From NCBI GenBank assembly GCA_963603335.1, contig CAVCML010000052.1, forward strand, positions 5,665 to 69,664: DNA of 64,000 bases. Reading direction: 5' to 3'. Origin of the DNA: Bacteroidaceae bacterium. Lineage in GTDB: Bacteria; Bacillota; Clostridia; Peptostreptococcales; Anaerovoracaceae. Positions 57,553 to 64,000 of the stretch are shown here, piece by piece. The stretch's first letter is position 1; every line of letters starts with the position of its first letter. The notes under the pieces were generated by a model. That model worked only from the letters and a program-made list of their open reading frames with translations, was not told where the DNA came from and searched no databases. The translations under genes were made by a program, and so were the position numbers.

Positions 57553-58845
57553 ATGAGTAAGAGTAAAGAAGCATTGGTGAATTACATCTTTTCTCTGCTG
57601 CCTCAAGTTGACTGCGGCGGATGCGCTGAGAAGACTTGCCGGGCATGTGCAGAGGCGATGGCCGATTCACAGGCTCCGGACCTTTGCACGGCTGCATGTC
57701 AGGACATGGCAGACAAAATCGCAAAGGAACTGGAAGTGAAAGCTCCTGTAATTGAAAAGCAGGTTGCTTTCCTGGGCTGTGCCGGCAGTGCAGCCGGTAA
57801 TAACCGTTTTACCGAGATGGGATGCACATCATGTTTTGATGCTGTAGATTTGGGTTTTGAGAGAGAGGAATGTAAGGATGGTTGTATTGGACTTGGTTCG
57901 TGCATTACAGCCTGCAAATTTGATGCTATGAGCATTGAGGACGGTAAACTGGTAATCGACAGAGAGAAGTGTACCGGATGCGGAGTTTGTGCAGAGGAAA
58001 TCCACTGCCCGCAGAACATCATCAGAATGATCCCTGCTGAAGCTACTAACTTTATTCCATGTTCATCAACGATTGAGGAAGAAGACAGAGTAAGAAAAAT
58101 CTGCAATTACGGCTGTATCGGCTGCGGCGAATGCGAGATTGCCTGCCCTCAGGATGCCTGCCACATAGTCGATAACTACGCTGTTATCGATTACAGCAAG
58201 TGTGCGGGATGCGATGCCTGCACTATCAGATGCCGCAAGAAAATTGTCGTTGATACATACCATGATTTAACCAAGTTAAAAGAAAAGGTTGCTTTCGTTC
58301 ACTGCAGTGAAGGTAAGAAGGCTGCTGAAATTTACGAATCAAAGGGTATCACTACGTGTGAGCAGGCAGCTAAGCAGAATCAGATTGAACTCGGCCTGTG
58401 TACTACGGGCTGCTGCGGCCTTGGCAGCTGCACTAAGGTCTGCAGGTACGGAGCGATTACCATGGTGGATGGTAGCGCACAGGTTGACCCCGAGAAATGC
58501 GTAGGCTGCAGAGACTGTTATCTGACATGCCCGAGACATATCATCTCGATGGTTCCGTACAGTGGTCAGAAGATGGTAGCATGCTCATCAATTTACGATT
58601 ACGAAGATAAGGCTGCCGTATGTGACGGTGCATGCGTAGGCTGCGGCGACTGCCAGGCTAACTGCCCCAACGGAGCAATCTATATGAAGGATGCACACGC
58701 AGTTATCGATCCTGATATCTGTGAAGACTGTCACATGTGTCAGTATGTATGCTCAAGAAACGTAATCAAAGAATTGAAAGTTCCTGAATTTATCTTTACT
58801 CAGAGAGAAGTTATGGGCGTTGGGAAAGGAGAGCTGTTCAGATGA
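57553..58845 (+). CDS. RnfB-like Fe-S protein / polyferredoxin
   Basis: The N-terminal segment LPQVDCGGCAEKTCRACAEAM is of the RnfB 'FeS' type. At least six CxxCxxCxxxC(P) motifs follow, for example CIGCGECEIACP, CVGCRDCYLTCP and CVGCGDCQANCP. Confidence 0.75.
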   Translation: MSKSKEALVNYIFSLLPQVDCGGCAEKTCRACAEAMADSQAPDLCTAACQDMADKIAKELEVKAPVIEKQVAFLGCAGSAAGNNRFTEMGCTSCFDAVDLGFEREECKDGCIGLGSCITACKFDAMSIEDGKLVIDREKCTGCGVCAEEIHCPQNIIRMIPAEATNFIPCSSTIEEEDRVRKICNYGCIGCGECEIACPQDACHIVDNYAVIDYSKCAGCDACTIRCRKKIVVDTYHDLTKLKEKVAFVHCSEGKKAAEIYESKGITTCEQAAKQNQIELGLCTTGCCGLGSCTKVCRYGAITMVDGSAQVDPEKCVGCRDCYLTCPRHIISMVPYSGQKMVACSSIYDYEDKAAVCDGACVGCGDCQANCPNGAIYMKDAHAVIDPDICEDCHMCQYVCSRNVIKELKVPEFIFTQREVMGVGKGELFR

Positions 58846-61800
58846 GAAAACTTAAAACTATGGACGGAAACACAGCAGCGGCACATGTAGCATATGCCTT
58901 CTCGGAAGTTTCCGCTATTTATCCGATTACACCATCATCTCCAATGGCAGAGAGCATGGATGAGTGGGTATCTGACGGAAGAAAGAATATATTCGGTGAG
59001 CCGGTTAAAATCGTAGAGATGGAATCCGAAGCAGGAGCTGCAGGTGCGGTACACGGTTCAATTACTGCCGGTTCATATACATCTACATTTACTGCATCAC
59101 AGGGTCTGCTTCTCATGATTCCAAACATGTATAAGCTGGCCGGTGAGCAGACACCTACTGTATTCCACGTTGCAGCCAGAGCACTGGCTACACATGCCCT
59201 GTCAATCTTCGGAGACCACTCTGACGTAATGGGCGTTCGTCAGACAGGTTTTGTTATGCTTTGCTCCAACAGTGTACAGCAGACTATGGACCTTGCTGCG
59301 GTGGCACATCTGGCAACTATCGCAGGCAAGCTGCCGATGCTTCACTTTTTTGATGGCTTTCGTACATCGCACGAATATCAGAAAATTGAAGTCTGGGATT
59401 ATGATGATTTAGCAGATATGGTGGATTGGGATGCAGTCAAGAGATTCCGCAAGTCGGTAATCAATCCGAATAATCCGCACAGCAGAGGTTCCGCTGAGCA
59501 GCCGGAAACATTTTTCCAGCACAGAGAAGCATGCAATACCGCTTACGCAGAAGCGCCGGATCTCGTTGCAGAGTACATGGATAAGGTTAATGCCAAGATC
59601 GGTACTGATTATAAGCCGTTTAATTATTACGGTGCGCCGGATGCCGAAGAAATCATCATCGCTATGGGTTCTGTATGTGACGCTGCAGAGGAAGTTATCG
59701 ATTACCTTAACGAGAAGAAGGGTAAGAAGGTCGGTATCGTTGAAGTTCATCTGTACAGACCGTTTTCGCCTAAGTATATGCTTAAGGTTATTCCTAAAAC
59801 AGTTAAGAAGATTGCTGTTCTTGACAGAACAAAGGAACCGGGCTCAGTCGGTGAGCCGCTGTACCTTGACGTTCTGTCAGCCATCAAGGGAACTGAGTTT
59901 GAGAATTGCCTGGTAGCGGGCGGTCGTTACGGCCTTGGTTCTAAGGATACTCAACCGGGGGATATTCAGGCGGTATATGAGAATCTGTGGAGCGACAGTC
60001 CTAAGAAGGAATTCACTATTTCAATCACAGATGATGTAACGCACTTGTCGCTTCCTGTTACAGAGAATCCGGATGTTGCACCTGCTGACACTAAAGCATG
60101 CAAATTCTGGGGACTTGGTGCGGACGGCACCGTCGGTGCAAATAAGAACAGTGTTAAGATTATCGGCGATCACACGGACAAGAAAGTACAGGCATATTTC
60201 CAGTATGATTCCAAGAAGTCCGGCGGTGTTACAATCTCTCATTTGAGATTCGGCGATTCTCCAATCAAGTCAACTTACTATGTTAAGCAGGCGGACTTCG
60301 TAGCTTGCCACAACAGTGCTTATCTTACTAAGTACGAAATGGTTGAAGACGTTAAACCGGGCGGCTTCTTCCTGCTTAACTGCGTGTGGAATGATGAAGA
60401 ACTGGAGGAACACATACCGGGTAAAGTTAAGAGATACATTGCCAACAACAATATCCAGTTCTACACTTGCGATGCTGTTAAAATCGCCAAAGAAGTAGGT
60501 CTGGGTGCAAGAAGAACCAATTCGGTGCTTCAGGCCGCATTTTTCAAATTATCACAGATTCTGCCAATCGACGATGCAGAGAAATTCATGAAGGATGCTA
60601 TAGTTAAGACATACAAAAAGAAGGGTCAGAATATCGTTGATATGAACAGTGCCGCTGTTGAACAGGGCATCAAAAACGTTCATATGGTCAGCATACCGGA
60701 GTCATGGAAAAATGCTCCGGACGATCCGGCTCCGGCTAAGTTAATTGGCAGAGACAAGCTTCACACCGACTACCTCAATGAGGTCTTCCTTCCTACAAAT
60801 ACATTAACCGGTGATGCCGTTCCGGTATCAAAATTCCTGGCCACCGCCAACGGTATGGTGCCGGCAGGTACAGCTGCTTATGAGAAGAGAGGCATCGCTG
60901 CAGACGTTCCTGTATGGGACAGCACTAAGTGCATGCAGTGCAACTTATGTTCAGCGGTTTGCCCTCACGGCGTAATCAGGCCGTTTGTTTTAACCGAGGA
61001 GGAGGCTGAAGGAGTTGAAGGCGTTCTGGATATGAAGGGCTATAAGGATATGAAATATACCGTAGCCGTTTCAACTCTTGACTGCACGGGCTGCGGATCA
61101 TGTGCACAGGTTTGCCCGGCCAGACACAAGGCACTGGAGATGATTCCTGCAGAGACGGAATACGTAGAGAAGGCACAAGCTAAGTTCACTGATCTGTTCG
61201 AAAATCTGTCGGAGAAGAAGGATATTCCATTCAAAGATGACACCATCAAGGGTTCGCAGTTTAAGCAGCCGCTTATGGAGTTTTCAGGAGCTTGCCCGGG
61301 ATGCGGCGAATCGCCGTATGCTAAGTTAATCACTCAGTTATTCGGTGAGAGAATGTTCATTGCCAACGCTACAGGATGTTCATCAATCTGGGGATGTTCA
61401 GCACCATCAACTCCATACACGGTTAACAGAGAAGGCAAAGGGCCTGCATGGGCTAACTCACTGTTTGAAGATAATGCTGAGTTTGGTCTTGGCATGACAG
61501 TATCGATAACTTCAAGAAGGAATGAACTTAAGACTAAGGCTGCAGCACTTGCTGAAGGAGCGGATGAAGATATTGCAAAGGCTGCTGCTGAGTGGCTGGA
61601 AGTTATGAACAACGGCAAAAAGTCGGAAGCTGCCGGCAAAAAACTTCTTGCTCTTTGCAAAGAGGCTGCAGATGCGGCAGACGACAAGGATATTAAGTAT
61701 GTACTAGAGAACAGTGAACTGCTGACTAAACCATCAATGTGGATCTTCGGCGGTGACGGCTGGGCATACGATATCGGCTACGGCGGTCTGGATCATGTTA

Positions 61801-62402
61801 TCGCATCAGGCGAAAATGTAAATATAATGGTATTCGATACCGAAGTTTATTCCAACACAGGCGGTCAGGCTTCAAAGTCAACTCCTATCGGTGCTGTTGC
61901 TAAATTCGCAAGTTCCGGTAAGCCGGTTAAGAAGAAGGATCTGGCTCAGATTGCTATGGCTTACGGATATGTATATGTTGCACAGATTGCGATGGGGGCC
62001 AACCCGGCTCAGACGCTTAAGGCACTTAAAGAAGCAGAGGCTTATGATGGTCCGTCACTGATTATCGCTTATGCTCCTTGCATCAACCACGGTGTTAAGG
62101 CCGGTATGAATAAGTCAATGGAAGAAATGAAGAAGGCTGTCAGATCCGGTTACTGGAACCTTCTCAGATACAACCCTGAAAAGGCTGCCGGAGGCGAGAA
62201 TCCGCTTTCGATAGACAGCGGCAAAGCAACGGAAAACTTTGAAAACTTCATTATGGGCGAGGTAAGATATAACTCTCTGAAGCTGAGATTCCCGGAGAGA
62301 GCTGACGAACTGTTCGGGGCTGCAGAACAAGCTGCGGTGGATAGATACAATACTCTGAAGAACCGTCAGAAGAGTTTCAATAGAATAGGAGGTAAGAAAT
62401 AA
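58842..62402 (+). CDS. nifJ: Pyruvate:ferredoxin (flavodoxin) oxidoreductase, single-chain
   Basis: 1186 aa. N-terminus MDGNTAAAHVAYAFSEVSAIYPITPSSPMAE, internal ferredoxin domain CMQCNLCSAVCPHG / CTGCGSCAQVCP, and TPP motif GGDGWAYDIGYGGLDH. It has an ATGA overlap with the upstream gene. Confidence 0.93.
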   Translation: MRKLKTMDGNTAAAHVAYAFSEVSAIYPITPSSPMAESMDEWVSDGRKNIFGEPVKIVEMESEAGAAGAVHGSITAGSYTSTFTASQGLLLMIPNMYKLAGEQTPTVFHVAARALATHALSIFGDHSDVMGVRQTGFVMLCSNSVQQTMDLAAVAHLATIAGKLPMLHFFDGFRTSHEYQKIEVWDYDDLADMVDWDAVKRFRKSVINPNNPHSRGSAEQPETFFQHREACNTAYAEAPDLVAEYMDKVNAKIGTDYKPFNYYGAPDAEEIIIAMGSVCDAAEEVIDYLNEKKGKKVGIVEVHLYRPFSPKYMLKVIPKTVKKIAVLDRTKEPGSVGEPLYLDVLSAIKGTEFENCLVAGGRYGLGSKDTQPGDIQAVYENLWSDSPKKEFTISITDDVTHLSLPVTENPDVAPADTKACKFWGLGADGTVGANKNSVKIIGDHTDKKVQAYFQYDSKKSGGVTISHLRFGDSPIKSTYYVKQADFVACHNSAYLTKYEMVEDVKPGGFFLLNCVWNDEELEEHIPGKVKRYIANNNIQFYTCDAVKIAKEVGLGARRTNSVLQAAFFKLSQILPIDDAEKFMKDAIVKTYKKKGQNIVDMNSAAVEQGIKNVHMVSIPESWKNAPDDPAPAKLIGRDKLHTDYLNEVFLPTNTLTGDAVPVSKFLATANGMVPAGTAAYEKRGIAADVPVWDSTKCMQCNLCSAVCPHGVIRPFVLTEEEAEGVEGVLDMKGYKDMKYTVAVSTLDCTGCGSCAQVCPARHKALEMIPAETEYVEKAQAKFTDLFENLSEKKDIPFKDDTIKGSQFKQPLMEFSGACPGCGESPYAKLITQLFGERMFIANATGCSSIWGCSAPSTPYTVNREGKGPAWANSLFEDNAEFGLGMTVSITSRRNELKTKAAALAEGADEDIAKAAAEWLEVMNNGKKSEAAGKKLLALCKEAADAADDKDIKYVLENSELLTKPSMWIFGGDGWAYDIGYGGLDHVIASGENVNIMVFDTEVYSNTGGQASKSTPIGAVAKFASSGKPVKKKDLAQIAMAYGYVYVAQIAMGANPAQTLKALKEAEAYDGPSLIIAYAPCINHGVKAGMNKSMEEMKKAVRSGYWNLLRYNPEKAAGGENPLSIDSGKATENFENFIMGEVRYNSLKLRFPERADELFGAAEQAAVDRYNTLKNRQKSFNRIGGKK

Positions 62403-62403
62403 T

Positions 62404-63807
62404 ATGATTAATATTACGACTAAGCAGAATGTAATGCCTGAGCAGCCTATCGAAACTCGTATCACTAACTATGATGAAATCAAGTTGGGCTACACACCGG
62501 AACAGGCAATCAGTGAGGCAATGAGATGCCTTAACTGCAGGAAAAAGCCATGTATGAACAACGGCTGTCCGCTGCACAATCATATTCCTGAGTTCATAGC
62601 AAAGATTGCACAGGGGGACTTTGCAGGAGCTCATGATATTCTTATCGAAACCACGAGACTCGGTGCCATCTGCAGCCGTGTCTGCCCTCACGAAAATCAG
62701 TGCGAAGGTCACTGTGTGAGAGGAGTTAAAGGTGAGCCGGTTAAGATTGGCGCGCTTGAGAGATTTGTAACCGACTGGTACAGAGAAAATATTGGATTCA
62801 GTACTGAGCATGGTGCTTACAATGGTCACAAGGTAGCTATCATCGGTGCGGGTCCTGCAGGTATGGCTTGCGCATGCGACCTTAATATGATGGGGTATGG
62901 CGTAACGGTATTTGACGAAAACAATGTTATCGGCGGGACAATGAACTTCGGTATTCCCGAGTATCGTCTGCCAAAGGCTGTAATTCAGGGCGAGGTTGAT
63001 GCTTTCGAGAAGAGAGGCATTGAGTTTAAACTGAATACCAGGATTGGCGTAGGCGGCAAGACAACACTTAAAAATTTGCTGAAGGAAGGCTTTGATGCAA
63101 TTTTCATAAGTGACGGTGCGGTTAAGCCAACTAAGATTAACATCGAGAGTAATGAAGAACAGCACGTATTCGATGCCAGTGATTTCCTGTACAGAATCAA
63201 TGTTCTTCATGCATACAGAGGCGGTACAGAGAGAAAACTTCCTCACGGCAAGAAGGTAGTTGTTATCGGCGGCGGCAACGTAGCAATGGATGCATCAAGA
63301 TGCGCACTGCGTTCAGGAGCGGAGAAGGTAACTATCGTATACAGACGAATTGAGTCTGAGATGCCTGCTCTGACAGCAGAGATTAACGATGCCAAGGAAG
63401 AGGGCGTTGAGATTATGGATTTATCCAACCCCGTTGCCATTATCAAGGACAGCAGCGGTAAGGTTAAGGGACTGGAATGCCTCAAGCAGTCGCTTGGTGC
63501 ACCTGATGAACAGGGCAGACATAAGCCGGTTCCGGTTGAAGGTTCTAATTTCATCGTTGACGCTGACATGGTTATCATAGCAACAGGTTCGACCTTCAAA
63601 AAGGGAATCACTGATGAAGACCTTCCTGAGCTTGAAAAGTCAAGCAAGGGGGCGGTAATCACAGATAATGTTACCGCAACTAACATCGAGGGTATCTATG
63701 CCGGCGGAGATACGGTAACCGGACCTGCTACGGTTGTAAAGGCAATGAGTGCAGGCAAGAGAGCCGCGGTATCCATCGATAAATACATTTATGGATTCAA
63801 GAAATAG
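62404..63807 (+). CDS. GltD/NfnB/SudA-like NAD(P)H-dependent Fe-S flavoprotein (glutamate synthase small-subunit family)
   Basis: N-terminal Fe-S region CLNCRKKPC...CPLHNHIPEF...CSRVCP..CEGHC. Two dinucleotide folds, VAIIGAGPAGMACA and VVVIGGGNVAMD. It starts 1 nt after the PFOR stop codon. Confidence 0.8.
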   Translation: MINITTKQNVMPEQPIETRITNYDEIKLGYTPEQAISEAMRCLNCRKKPCMNNGCPLHNHIPEFIAKIAQGDFAGAHDILIETTRLGAICSRVCPHENQCEGHCVRGVKGEPVKIGALERFVTDWYRENIGFSTEHGAYNGHKVAIIGAGPAGMACACDLNMMGYGVTVFDENNVIGGTMNFGIPEYRLPKAVIQGEVDAFEKRGIEFKLNTRIGVGGKTTLKNLLKEGFDAIFISDGAVKPTKINIESNEEQHVFDASDFLYRINVLHAYRGGTERKLPHGKKVVVIGGGNVAMDASRCALRSGAEKVTIVYRRIESEMPALTAEINDAKEEGVEIMDLSNPVAIIKDSSGKVKGLECLKQSLGAPDEQGRHKPVPVEGSNFIVDADMVIIATGSTFKKGITDEDLPELEKSSKGAVITDNVTATNIEGIYAGGDTVTGPATVVKAMSAGKRAAVSIDKYIYGFKK

Positions 63808-63847
63808 GTGTTAACTCATATTGTTTATTAAAAAAAGTCCATTATGA

Positions 63848-63890
63848 AAAATACCCTCCTTATCGGATGTACCGGCAGGGAGGGTATTTT
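63848..63890. terminator. Bidirectional terminator hairpin
   Basis: AAAATACCCTCC (63848-63859) pairs perfectly with GGAGGGTATTTT (63879-63890). It lies between convergent genes. Confidence 0.75.
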
Positions 63891-63899
63891 GCGAATATT

Positions 63900-64000
63900 T
63901 TAAATCAAATTCATATCCTTGTATTTGTTGTATTTTCGTGAGAATGTCGGCTGGCTGATTCCAAGCAGTTTGGCCGCTTCCTTGGTAGTTGAGCATTTTT
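63900..64000 (-). CDS. 3' end of a second Fis-type-HTH (probably sigma54-dependent) regulator, truncated by window edge
   Basis: My manual translation of the minus strand gives ...KCSTTKEAAKLLGISQPTFSRKYNKYKDMNLI*. This parallels the C-terminus of the 46533-48347 activator (STYKAAALLDMSQPTFFRKYKEL). Only 32 codons are visible. Confidence 0.5.
   Translation of the reverse strand, partial: KCSTTKEAAKLLGISQPTFSRKYNKYKDMNLI

Noticed and set aside
62377-63246. 289-aa minus-strand ORF overlapping the end of PFOR and the GltD-like gene
   Set aside because: It overlaps two tightly coupled, motif-rich + strand genes, and its translation shows no recognisable domain.
1-64000. Mobile elements, prophage, CRISPR, toxin-antitoxin or defence islands
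   Set aside because: Reading all ORFs of 60 aa or longer, I found no transposase, integrase, recombinase, phage structural, restriction-modification or Cas-like proteins. There are no terminal inverted repeats or tRNA integration sites. The PIN-domain protein is the conserved housekeeping YacL type and not a VapC toxin.

Overview
This is a 64-kb chromosomal segment from an anaerobic Firmicutes/Clostridia-type bacterium. Supporting signs are GGAGG ribosome-binding sites, a T-box leader, ferredoxin-dependent oxidoreductases and a sigma54 enhancer-binding protein. I found no rRNA, tRNA, CRISPR array, transposase, integrase, phage gene or recognisable defence gene. All family calls come from reading motifs by eye; no database search was run.

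Housekeeping genes: a UvrA paralog, a two-component system, yacL-ispDF-proS, pcrA-ligA, and a Trp T-box upstream of an ABC importer.

Three accessory metabolic modules look more interesting than the housekeeping genes:
1. 3.3-14.2 kb: an operon encoding a class-III PLP aminotransferase, a hydantoinase-family ATPase and a 585-aa protein with a canonical DxHxxG cobalamin-binding domain. A DMT permease, an aldehyde dehydrogenase and an isolated iolC/aldolase pair follow.
2. 39.3-57.3 kb: a two-operon sigma54 regulon. Two near-consensus -24/-12 promoters flank a PAS-AAA+ activator gene and share TATTCA-N4-TGAATA palindromes. One operon encodes a 4-hydroxybutyryl-CoA dehydratase (AbfD)-type enzyme plus the crotonyl-CoA to acetyl-CoA steps. 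The other encodes an aminotransferase, a four-subunit 2-oxoacid:ferredoxin oxidoreductase, a type III CoA-transferase and two transporters, including a BCCT member that has lost the tryptophan box.
3. 57.5-63.8 kb: a translationally coupled operon of an RnfB-like polyferredoxin, PFOR and a GltD-like flavoprotein.

Module 2 is my best candidate for an undescribed pathway, and module 1 is second. Substrates cannot be assigned from sequence alone.
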